Source: a virus
Taxonomy: Duplodnaviria > Heunggongvirae > Uroviricota > Caudoviricetes
Reading direction: 5' to 3' (one strand)
Virus record (IMG/VR): IMGVR_UViG_3300045146_000225
Location: 1-64,000 of that record
DNA length: 64,000 nt
The notes under the pieces are model-generated. The model had not been told where the DNA came from and did no database searches. It was given only the letters and a program-made list of their open reading frames with translations. This document shows, in pieces, positions 9,017 through 17,318 of the stretch. Position numbers and translations under genes: made by a program. The first letter of the stretch is position 1. Each line of letters starts with the position of its first letter.

Positions 9017-12000
9017 TTACTTCAAGTTCTTGATGACGTTGTAAACGCTCTTGGTACCGCTTATGCTAGACGTGTTGACAGAAGAAGTAGCCACGTCAGG
9101 CTTGTGTTTGCACTGGACCGTGATGTCGAACGAGAACACGTCATCGTACCTGCCGCTGTTACCCTGGTACACCTTCTGGTAGATATCTATACCCATCTGC
9201 TTCATGTACGTCACGTTGGTGCGCTTCTTACCAACAGCACTGTACCCACCTACATAACCAAGTTTATCCTGGCACCTGTACTGGAAAACAACGGGTATGT
9301 TAATGGCATTCTCCTGACCGCTCTTCAACTTGGCCGAAGATAGGCTCTGGTGATTACCCTTTATGGAAATAGACTCATAATCCTTCGGCGACAGGTAAAG
9401 GTACGCGCCGCACGTGTACTTGCCTATCAAGTACTCGTCGTTCTCGTTGAACCCTATCTTGGTAGGGTAATTCAACGTTGTAGGTACACCAGAACTGTAT
9501 GTAGTCGCCGCCGAATAAGCCGATTGCTTGAGGTAGTTTATACCCATACCGTTAGTCGTTTCCTCCATCTGCACATCGAAACCAACCGCATGGCATATAG
9601 GCATAACGCTTTGCTTGTACACGTTATTGTTTTGGGTGAACGCCGGTTTGAACACTGCTTTATTGATATCAGAACCGAACATATAATCAGTATCAGGGTT
9701 AGCAGCTTTAAAAGCAGTTAGATACTCCTCCAGCCACGGGCAGTTCTTATCTATACAGAACTCACTCAACGAACCACCACCATTTATGGCAAAAGACCCG
9801 GTAAGGTCAGCATGTCCATTCCATATGTTTACATTCTCGTCCGGCATAGGAATAATTTGGTGAGAACTAGGTGCGATAGGCAACAACATCCTACCATCAG
9901 TCGGTACAGTACCGAAACCAGTATAAAAGGCACCAGTAAAATCATAACTAGAATTAGCAACAACAGGAACGTGGTACAATTCCTTCTCCAATGGGAAATC
10001 GTAATACCTAGAATTGATGAACTGCGACATCGACTGGCCTGACTGGTATCCTACGACGTTCTTGAAACCACCGACATCCGGCGTCTCGTTATGCAACACC
10101 GACATCGGTACCTTATCGTACTTCCTCCACGCGTAATCACCGTCAGTCACGGTAGACGAACTAGGTACAGGCAGACCTATACCAGCACCGAACCTCGAAA
10201 CAAGCTCGAGAGGTACACCGGCAGAGTTCTCTATACTTATTAGGAAATCGTATGAAACTACACCACCTACACCGAGCTTCTCCTGGTCGTAGTACCCTGC
10301 AAAAATACTGACGTTCTCACCGTTGCTAACCAACCGTCTAGTACCATCCTTTTCCACGACGTACACGCGTATCTCACCTATGGAGTTGGTTATGGCAAGC
10401 TCCAAAGCGGCTATCCTGCTCTTGAAATCAGATATAACAGCATACGCGTCGATTATGTTACCCTCCTGTGTGAACATCCCCGACGCTATCGACTCCAGCT
10501 TGTGCGGGTAGTACTTGTCACCCTTCGTTATCGAATCATACAGGTGTATGTCGAGACCCCTAGAGTTTAATTCATCTTGGAAATCAACGAGAGATGACTC
10601 TATAAGCAACCTCTCGGTCAACGTCACATCCTCCTCGCGCATCTCCATCTCGGCGGGGAACTCTATCGGTATTATATCCGACCAATCTGACATCACTGGG
10701 TTAATCGGGTAACCAGCCTCGGACACCGATTTAACCCTGAACTCGACTATCTCACCCTTGTTTATAGGTATATCAATCTGGTTTATGTTAACGACATCTG
10801 GATCCTGCACGTTCTCGTCGCTCCACACGTACAACCCTGTAGCCGAATCGAACTCCTTCTTGCGAATCTTCGAGAAAACCTCCACCCACTCGGAGAAATA
10901 AGCGTTCGTTTGACCATCGCCAGTCAAAGGTATGTTCTTCGCCGAACTAGTACCACCGGACTTGTTCTTGTACCTGTAAGAAACAACGAACTGTATCACC
11001 TCCTGCTTACCGTACTCGTTCTCCACGGGTAACGGCATAGGGAAGAAACCGCGCACCCTGTACTTGGCGGACACGCTAAGGTTTATGTTGGTCTTTATAT
11101 CGAAAGTAAGCTCGTCCAACATGGTGTTGAGCTGCTTCTGCAAACCAGTCTTCTTGTTGAGCAAGTCGGTTATCTTCTTCTGCGTGTTCAACCTGTCCTG
11201 GTCAGTAGCCGTGGCGGAAGTGTTGAGTTTAGCCCTGTAATCGTTTATAACCTTGTTTGTAGACTCTATCTCGTTCTTTATGTTATCCTTGCCCGCTATC
11301 TTGGTCTTCAACTCGGATGTCGACTTGCTGCTCTTTATGTGGTTGTTTATGTTGACAACAGCCATGTCAGCCGCATTCACGACGGGAGCGTTGGGCGTCA
11401 TACCCAAAACTGATGGGATCTGCCTCTCCTTGGCGAAATTCATCAACACGAGACCGAAATCGCTAACGTAATTAGTGTAGTACTCGCCGAGAGACATCGA
11501 CTTGCCACCAGACAACAATATACTCAACTCGTTGGTGTAAACACCGAAACCCTTAGACCACACGTCAGTCGTCATGTCCATCTGCGCGGCTATCGGCTTA
11601 ACGAATATAACCTCGCGTTCAGAGTAACCGACGTTGACCGACAACTCGGGTATCCTGTAAGCCTCCGGTCTAATCTTCAACACGCCAACACCGACGTTTA
11701 TGATGTCCTTGCCGAACGAACGCTCCAACAACACCCTGTTGGTCTGCGAATCAATAGCCCTCACGACGTACTCGCTATCACCAGACGTCACGAGGACATC
11801 GCCCTCCGCAAGGTACGTCTTACCCTTGTTAGCCGATAACACGTCGGTGTAGAACAACACGTCGAGCGTGTAGTACACCCTCTTGACGACGATACCGTCT
11901 ATGGTCGCCGAAGATTCATCAATCCTCAACACGTTGAAAGACCCGCGCCTCCTGTTTATAGAAGACGGCAACTCGTACTCGTTGTCATCTACATCGTACG

Positions 12001-12595
12001 CTATACCGGCATTCCTGAAAGAATCGAGAACATCGTCATACCTGAGCGTGTTGACACCCTTGAGGTTAGAATCGAAGAACCTTATATCATCGGCATCACT
12101 GGAGTTCATTATAACACGCCTCACCGAAAACTTGGACATTGACGTATCACCAACCATACCCGAAACGTTAACGGGTATGCTCAACAGCGGGTTTAAAAAC
12201 GACTCGAACATCCAGTTGCTCTTAGCCCTGAACTCGGTCGGGTTCGAAAGCGATACATCAGACGTGGAGTTAAGCAAGTCAACAAGCTTTGACATCTTCT
12301 GCATTGCGAACGTCCTGATGTTACCATCGGGGTAAGCGAGGTTTATGGTATCGCTGTTGTTCTCTATCATAGAGTGCAGGTCGGACTTCAACCTGTCTAT
12401 ATCGGAGCGCATATTACCATACGACGGTATGTTTATGGTTTGCTTTTTATTGTTGTTATCGTACCACACGACACTCTCGTGATCAGCACGCGATGTCGTT
12501 GATTGTGCGAATTTCAACAAGAACTCGTCAAGTGCCCTGTAGAGGACAACTAGGTTCGACATCATCTGCGACTGGGACATTACACCGTTCATCAA
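9017..12595 (-). CDS. Large (1192 aa) virion structural protein with a central coiled-coil segment. It is the first gene after a T4-type late promoter.
   Basis: A TATAAATA box lies 28-35 nt upstream. The coiled coil is KIAGKDNIKNEIESTNKVINDYRAKLN...LQKQLNTMLDEL. Confidence 0.65.
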   Translation of the reverse strand: MMNGVMSQSQMMSNLVVLYRALDEFLLKFAQSTTSRADHESVVWYDNNNKKQTINIPSYGNMRSDIDRLKSDLHSMIENNSDTINLAYPDGNIRTFAMQKMSKLVDLLNSTSDVSLSNPTEFRAKSNWMFESFLNPLLSIPVNVSGMVGDTSMSKFSVRRVIMNSSDADDIRFFDSNLKGVNTLRYDDVLDSFRNAGIAYDVDDNEYELPSSINRRRGSFNVLRIDESSATIDGIVVKRVYYTLDVLFYTDVLSANKGKTYLAEGDVLVTSGDSEYVVRAIDSQTNRVLLERSFGKDIINVGVGVLKIRPEAYRIPELSVNVGYSEREVIFVKPIAAQMDMTTDVWSKGFGVYTNELSILLSGGKSMSLGEYYTNYVSDFGLVLMNFAKERQIPSVLGMTPNAPVVNAADMAVVNINNHIKSSKSTSELKTKIAGKDNIKNEIESTNKVINDYRAKLNTSATATDQDRLNTQKKITDLLNKKTGLQKQLNTMLDELTFDIKTNINLSVSAKYRVRGFFPMPLPVENEYGKQEVIQFVVSYRYKNKSGGTSSAKNIPLTGDGQTNAYFSEWVEVFSKIRKKEFDSATGLYVWSDENVQDPDVVNINQIDIPINKGEIVEFRVKSVSEAGYPINPVMSDWSDIIPIEFPAEMEMREEDVTLTERLLIESSLVDFQDELNSRGLDIHLYDSITKGDKYYPHKLESIASGMFTQEGNIIDAYAVISDFKSRIAALELAITNSIGEIRVYVVEKDGTRRLVSNGENVSIFAGYYDQEKLGVGGVVSYDFLISIENSAGVPLELVSRFGAGIGLPVPSSSTVTDGDYAWRKYDKVPMSVLHNETPDVGGFKNVVGYQSGQSMSQFINSRYYDFPLEKELYHVPVVANSSYDFTGAFYTGFGTVPTDGRMLLPIAPSSHQIIPMPDENVNIWNGHADLTGSFAINGGGSLSEFCIDKNCPWLEEYLTAFKAANPDTDYMFGSDINKAVFKPAFTQNNNVYKQSVMPICHAVGFDVQMEETTNGMGINYLKQSAYSAATTYSSGVPTTLNYPTKIGFNENDEYLIGKYTCGAYLYLSPKDYESISIKGNHQSLSSAKLKSGQENAINIPVVFQYRCQDKLGYVGGYSAVGKKRTNVTYMKQMGIDIYQKVYQGNSGRYDDVFSFDITVQCKHKPDVATSSVNTSSISGTKSVYNVIKNLK

Positions 12596-12622
12596 TAGTA
12601 TGTTTTTGGAAGCGTATGTACT

Positions 12623-12630
12623 TATTTATA
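12623..12630 (-). promoter_or_regulatory. T4-type late promoter -10 box TATAAATA.
   Basis: The + strand reads tatttata. It sits about 30 nt upstream of the ATG at 12595. A gp55 homolog is present in the window. Confidence 0.55.
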
Positions 12631-12708
12631 CGTGTATTATTCAATACAAAACGAGCACAAACACAACGAAAAACAACCAACCGCTTTACACGAGTTGGTT
12701 GTTCACAA

Positions 12709-12783
12709 GTGGATCATATTGGAATCGAACCAATTACCTACTGATTATGAGTCAGCCGCTCTAACCGATTGAGCTAATGATCC
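12709..12783 (-). tRNA. tRNA-Met (anticodon CAT). It could be an elongator, an initiator, or an Ile2 lysidine-type tRNA.
   Basis: rc gives TGGATCA-TTAGCTCAATCGGTTAGAGC-GGCTGACTCATAATCAGTAGG-TAAT-TGGTTCGATTCCAAT-ATGATCCA. That is a 7-bp acceptor stem, D and T arms, a TTCGATT T-loop and a CAT anticodon. No CCA is encoded. Confidence 0.8.
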
Positions 12784-13006
12784 ATTAAAATCAATCTCTA
12801 ACTATCATGTTACCACATTTCGGACAGAACTTCTCTTTCGTTATGGGACCAACCTTACAACATTCTGTAAAATTAATACCAGCAAAACTAAGTGATTCGC
12901 CACAGGTAACTTTCAAAAGCTTGGTTCTACCAACAACCAAAGTTCTGAAAAACATGATGAAATCATATATGTACACCTTTAACAATATTTTTTTTCTATA
13001 AGTTAG

Positions 13007-13014
13007 AATCACAA
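13007..13014 (-). promoter_or_regulatory. Bacteroidota-type -7 box (TAnnTTTG) facing the tRNA.
   Basis: rc of caaatata is TATATTTG. It is preceded on the transcript by an imperfect hairpin (13040-13075) and a T-run. Confidence 0.4.
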
Positions 13015-13105
13015 AACAAATATACTACTTTTTTTAAATAAAAAACACCGCATGCCTAAAAATATTTTAGGTATGTGGTTCGATTAATAATATTCCTCGT
13101 CAAAC

Positions 13106-13602
13106 TTACCTACCTAGATTAATGAAAGGCGTGTTTGAACCTGAAACTTGCGGCAATTTACCATCCCAGACTTCAATAGCTTTATAATTAACCAAAGTTG
13201 GCGAAATGCTGGCGGCAAGCAATTGGTTCGCTTTAGCCTGTGCTTGCGCGACAAGTAAGATACTCTGCGCATCTCCATTTGCTTTAGCAATAGCAATCTC
13301 AGCTTTTGCTTTTTCTTTAGCAACCTCGTTCTCGGCTGCCTGTGCTTCTTGTGTCATTTTAACCTTCGAATCTAAAGCATCCTTAACACTTTTAGGAATC
13401 CTGATACTTCCAATCAAATATACTTTATCAATTATAATACCTGTATTTTTTAAAGCATAGGTTACTTTATTTTGCAAACTATCTATTAGCTTACCTTTCC
13501 CTTCACCATATACATACTCAACCGGCATAGAGCCACAAATTTTATTCAACTCGTCACGCATCGTATTCCTAACAACTATAGACCTGATGTCGTCTTCACC
13601 GT
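13106..13602 (-). pseudogene. SPFH/band-7 (prohibitin/HflC-like) domain gene, 5'-truncated. Its coding sequence starts directly at the tnpB stop codon.
   Basis: IRSIVVRNTMRDELNKICGSMPVEYVYGEGKGKLIDSLQNKVTYALKNTGIIIDKVYLIGSIRIPKSVKDALDSKVKMTQEAQAAENEVAKEKAKAE matches the SPFH domain plus its Ala/Lys-rich C-terminal helix. There is no N-terminal transmembrane segment and no in-frame start. Confidence 0.5.
13390..13427. repeat. 38-bp direct repeat, copy 1 (inside the SPFH fragment). Copy 2 is at 15193-15230.
   Basis: ttttaggaatcctgatacttccaatcaaatatacttta is identical at both sites. On the minus strand it contains GTATATTTG. Confidence 0.8.
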
Positions 13603-14805
13603 TCAAATGAAATTGGAAGAAATTACCGTATCGCCTGAGTGGTAATAAGGATGTTTCACCAAAAACATTTGTTTGTATTGGGAACCGTAAGTACCCAAAG
13701 CGAACCGAGCCAGTGAATTTGTCGCACCGACAGTATCGGCATCGCGTGAAACACCACACTTCACACAAACAAATTCTCCCTGACTTGCTCGGTTCGCCTT
13801 CTCCCTGTGGTTACAGTATGGGCATGTAATAGAATTACCATAAGCGGACACTCTCCGAAGAGAGACACCGTTCTCCTCGGTTAGCATTTGAATCCTGCTG
13901 TTTATTCTACCAATAGACCAACCAGTGAGAACAGACCGCATATTTTTACTCAGGCGACCTCTGAGTTTACTCTTGCTTTTTAGTTTACTCTTGCTTTTTA
14001 GTTTACTCTTGTTTTTGATTTTCCGGTTGTCCTCTAGGACAAGCAGCCGTAAAGTATCAAATGGAATCTGCTTTATGGAATGATCTATGTATTCAAGGAT
14101 CTCCTCTCTACACGCATGCCATGCTGTTGAATTTCGTTTCTTACGTTTCAGTTTTTGTAGCAGTGGCATCATTTTTGACCCGTAATGGTTTCCTTCATCG
14201 TCATTGATGACATGTACAGCACCAGGATCTACACCAATGATGTTTCCTTCCGTATTCTTTACTTTTTCACATTCAAATGAAAACTGGACATATTTATCGG
14301 TCAAGATAACCGATGCACACAGCGTCCCTTTAGATTTCCATTTGTTGAACATTTTGTTCTTTTTCAATGGAATTGCCACAGAAACTGCTCTCTCACGTGA
14401 ATCAAAACAACGCAAATCAACCAACAGATCGAATCCTTTCAGTTCTGGATTCAGTTGAATATTTACATTCGTACAGCTAAGTAGAATACGACTCGAATTA
14501 TGATGCGGTCGTGAATATGGCTTGTTCAATTCATCAGCACTGCGTTTGGTTCCAAGAACCAAAGCATGTGCTTCAGCGAATGCATTCTTCTTTGCTCTAG
14601 CGGTCAACCACGATTCGCATCTTGATAGGTTCTCTGCTAACAACAAAGATGGTTTCTTCATTCCATTCAATATATCAGATTCGTGATGCTCGATAGCCCA
14701 GGTCACAACTCTATGCATTTCAGATATGAATTCACGGATCGAAGTCAACTTCGATTCTGTTATCCACTTGCCGAAATGGCATTTTGATGATCTAATGTAT
14801 TTCAT
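13603..14805 (-). CDS. tnpB: IS200/IS605-family TnpB (OrfB) RNA-guided nuclease homolog, full length with an intact RuvC triad.
   Basis: IGVDPG (RuvC-I), LVLEDN (RuvC-II), zinc finger CPYCN...CVKCG, and DADTVGATN (RuvC-III). There is a KSKLKS x3 repeat (18-bp DNA repeat, 13967-14020). Confidence 0.85.
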   Translation of the reverse strand: MKYIRSSKCHFGKWITESKLTSIREFISEMHRVVTWAIEHHESDILNGMKKPSLLLAENLSRCESWLTARAKKNAFAEAHALVLGTKRSADELNKPYSRPHHNSSRILLSCTNVNIQLNPELKGFDLLVDLRCFDSRERAVSVAIPLKKNKMFNKWKSKGTLCASVILTDKYVQFSFECEKVKNTEGNIIGVDPGAVHVINDDEGNHYGSKMMPLLQKLKRKKRNSTAWHACREEILEYIDHSIKQIPFDTLRLLVLEDNRKIKNKSKLKSKSKLKSKSKLRGRLSKNMRSVLTGWSIGRINSRIQMLTEENGVSLRRVSAYGNSITCPYCNHREKANRASQGEFVCVKCGVSRDADTVGATNSLARFALGTYGSQYKQMFLVKHPYYHSGDTVISSNFI

Positions 14806-15110
14806 TTCTTCGAGCTATTTATTTTTCTCACTGACTTCTTTGTTTTGTGACTACGCTTTTGATCGCTTATCATTCATACCGGAACCAACTTCATCATATA
14901 CGAATCCAACTTCATAGGTTGTATGGTTCCGACATCCAATTCAAACTCATCTTCCGTTACACGCACTACTTTCATTTGTTTCATTTCCTGCTTTCCTATT
15001 AGTTTATAAAAGTTGGTATTTTTTCCAATTTCTTCTAATAATGTATATTATTTAACATGCAGTTATCAACCCTACACTTGAAAAGAATAATTTGTTTTTC
15101 ATAATTGATT
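13603..15110 (-). mobile_element. tnpB-only (IS1341-like) IS605-family remnant. The left-end-like region lies upstream of tnpB. There is no recognisable right end.
   Basis: About 300 bp of non-coding sequence precedes the tnpB start. The 3' end abuts SPFH coding sequence, which suggests a deletion removed the right end. Confidence 0.45.
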
Positions 15111-15111
15111 G

Positions 15112-15195
15112 TGTTTAAATTAAAAATAAAAACCTAGTTTATGTTTGGACCCCATTTTAAAATGAAATCACATTGCAAATATACAAATATTTTAG
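15112..15195 (-). repeat. Duplicated promoter and leader cassette, copy A (about 84 bp, about 93 % identical to 16015-16098).
   Basis: Contains TATATTTG (15176-15183, minus) and the shared leader ttaaaatgggRNNcaaacataaactaggtttttatttttaat. Confidence 0.7.
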
Positions 15196-15230
15196 GAATC
15201 CTGATACTTCCAATCAAATATACTTTAAAA
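15193..15230. repeat. 38-bp direct repeat, copy 2 (upstream of the tnpB unit, overlapping the stop of 15214-15513).
   Basis: Identical to 13390-13427. Confidence 0.8.
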
Positions 15231-15513
15231 AATCTTCTAAGTATCCTATCGATCCCATTATATAACCATACAATGTGCCATTTACAAGTTTATCGTTTTT
15301 AATAATGCGTTTTTGAATTAGAAATAACTCATAAGTTCCGTACCCATTCTCCCTTAATTTCTTCAAAATATAATCTTTACTATTTGTTGCTGAGTAAATA
15401 AAATAGTCCAGCAATTCATAATCATCGACATTTTCAATATTTCTTTCAATCTTTTGTTTTATGAGATTTAAAGAATCGATATCAAATTTTTGATTTTGTT
15501 CATTCATAATCAT
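15214..15513 (-). CDS. Hypothetical protein (99 aa).
   Basis: ORF with a 4-nt start/stop overlap to the upstream gene. Confidence 0.45.
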   Translation of the reverse strand: MIMNEQNQKFDIDSLNLIKQKIERNIENVDDYELLDYFIYSATNSKDYILKKLRENGYGTYELFLIQKRIIKNDKLVNGTLYGYIMGSIGYLEDFLKYI

Positions 15514-16013
15514 ACAATTGGTTCTTGTGGTGGAGGCATTGTGTTTTTTTGTAATTCCCTTAAATATAAATCTCTCTTTGCTTTAAATTCGGAGAATAGT
15601 TCTTCTGCTTTAGTATCATAATTTTGCAATTTTGAGTTTATTTCTTCATAGTGTTCTTTAAAGTATTTTGCAACTTGATTTTCCGCACTAATATAAGATG
15701 CAACAACAATAGATAATAGCAACGTTACAATGATACCTAAATAAACAAGAAAATCATCCAATCTTTTATTAATTGAATTTAATTTTTCATCAAATTGCTC
15801 AATTTCGCTCTTTAATTCAATGTCTTTTTCTATGTCGCCTTTCTTTTTGTTGAGTGCTAGTGTTTTCTTCATCTCAAATTTGATTTGAGAAACAAGCTTG
15901 TTTTTTTCAAAAGAATATATGGTTAATTGAGCGAGAAAAGCAAAAGCAATACATAATAAGACTATAAACATAACGCTTTTTTGTGAGTCTTTTATTATCA
16001 TTAAAAATTTCAT
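15510..16013 (-). CDS. Membrane protein with two transmembrane segments flanking a coiled coil (167 aa).
   Basis: Hydrophobic segments FIVLLCIAFAFLAQL and LGIIVTLLLSIVVASYI. The promoter box CAAATATA at 16078-16085 is rc TATATTTG. Confidence 0.5.
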   Translation of the reverse strand: MKFLMIIKDSQKSVMFIVLLCIAFAFLAQLTIYSFEKNKLVSQIKFEMKKTLALNKKKGDIEKDIELKSEIEQFDEKLNSINKRLDDFLVYLGIIVTLLLSIVVASYISAENQVAKYFKEHYEEINSKLQNYDTKAEELFSEFKAKRDLYLRELQKNTMPPPQEPIV

Positions 16014-16014
16014 T

Positions 16015-16098
16015 TTATCAATTAAAAATAAAAACCTAGTTTATGTTTGCATCCCATTTTAAAATGAAATCACATTGCAAATATACAAATATTTTAAA
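16015..16098 (-). repeat. Duplicated promoter and leader cassette, copy B. It drives 15510-16013.
   Basis: Same sequence as 15112-15195. Confidence 0.7.
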
Positions 16099-16122
16099 TA
16101 AAAACACCGCACACCTAAAAAT

Positions 16123-16359
16123 ATTTTAGCTGAGCTATCTCAGTCTGAGATTTCCCTGCTTGTACTAAACAAGAAATTTGATACCTTTGTTGTTCGGTTA
16201 TATGAACCAAAGTGCAACTTGTTTTTGGGAGACTTAGGGGGGCAATTTAGCAAATATACCCATCAAGGCAAAGAGGTAATTTCTTACCATCTTTGTTTTG
16301 ATGGATATATTTGATTTTTATTACCATTCCCAAAGTTGCATTTACTACTTGAATCTAAG
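16123..16359 (+). repeat. About 225-bp intergenic repeat element, copy 1. It is an IS30-end-like, MITE-like or structured-RNA candidate.
   Basis: About 90 % identical to 37022-37238. It starts attttagctgagc and ends ccaaagttgcatttactacttgaatctaag. Internal hairpins are present, and there is an internal CAAATATA box. Confidence 0.7.
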
Positions 16360-16416
16360 TTACTATAAGTTTAAAAATTAATATTTAATGAACAACTCAC
16401 CCACGACAAAGCCGAT

Positions 16417-16935
16417 TTAATTATCGAACCAAAAAACAACCCTGACATCCTCTGGTTCTCCAAGTGTTTTTAGTTCTTCAAGGTGTATAAAAAACCATCC
16501 ATCTAAGTTTTGTCTATACGTTAAAACCTTACCTTCACCCTCTTCTGCAAGTGCTGCTCCATTTATACAGTTACCTTCTTTTTTAGTAACCCTTCTATTC
16601 CAAAAGGTCTTGTCATAATCAAACTCTAGCAGCTCTTTTGCTGTTAAATAAGAAGCCGAATGAGCATAACACTCCAAATCTTCGTAATATTGTCTTACTT
16701 CATCACTTAAATCTTCAGGTAATCCTCTAGGTTCACTTATTGGTTCGCAGCGGTCGTAATTTCTAACACCAGCTAAAAAGGCAAACATCGAGTAACTTCT
16801 CCAACAAAATGGATTTCCACTTTTTTCTTTGTTGTAGTATTTTTTCTCATAAGAATCAAGCGAAAAATGGTTATCTACCTTTTCCCAGTTATTGTTTATC
16901 TTCACTTCCGCAAATGAATAAATGTCACATCCCAT
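16417..16935 (-). CDS. Hypothetical protein (172 aa).
   Basis: ORF only. Confidence 0.5.
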   Translation of the reverse strand: MGCDIYSFAEVKINNNWEKVDNHFSLDSYEKKYYNKEKSGNPFCWRSYSMFAFLAGVRNYDRCEPISEPRGLPEDLSDEVRQYYEDLECYAHSASYLTAKELLEFDYDKTFWNRRVTKKEGNCINGAALAEEGEGKVLTYRQNLDGWFFIHLEELKTLGEPEDVRVVFWFDN

Positions 16936-16965
16936 AATATTTGATTTTTAAATTAATGAACTAGT

Positions 16966-17196
16966 CTAAATATTGCGATTAATTATTTCAAAATGTCTAA
17001 AATGCGGCAATGATTCGTCAATTTCATAAGGCATAACTCTACGTTGCATGAAAAAGTAAGGTATACACATCGCGAGTTCATATGTAGTAATATCTTCTTT
17101 AGGTTGCCAAATCATTTCAAGTGGAAATATAATCTTATGACCAAAACATATGTCCAACAATGCAGTTTCTTCTGTATTCGATTTCTCGTGTTCCAT
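16966..17196 (-). CDS. Hypothetical small protein (76 aa).
   Basis: ORF 42 nt downstream of a TATATTTG box (17238-17245, minus). Confidence 0.4.
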   Translation of the reverse strand: MEHEKSNTEETALLDICFGHKIIFPLEMIWQPKEDITTYELAMCIPYFFMQRRVMPYEIDESLPHFRHFEIINRNI

Positions 17197-17265
17197 TTTT
17201 AAATGTTTTTTTTTATTGTTCTCATAAATTTAATTTGCAAATATACTACTTTTTTAAATAAAAAA

Positions 17266-17298
17266 CACCGCATATAAAATTTTTTCCCACATGCGGTG
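17266..17298 (-). terminator. Rho-independent terminator after 17319-19511. A host-type promoter follows immediately.
   Basis: caccgcat...atgcggtg forms an 8-bp stem. On the minus transcript it is followed by UUUUUUAUUU and then GTAGTATATTTG. Confidence 0.6.
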
Positions 17299-17318
17299 CA
17301 AGACAAACATAATCTTAA

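Noticed and set aside
13106-13768. Complete 220-aa gene as given by the ORF track
   Set aside because: Its first 55 codons are an alternative frame of the tnpB zinc-finger region. Only the part downstream of the tnpB stop (13602 and below) has SPFH character, so it is a truncated fragment.
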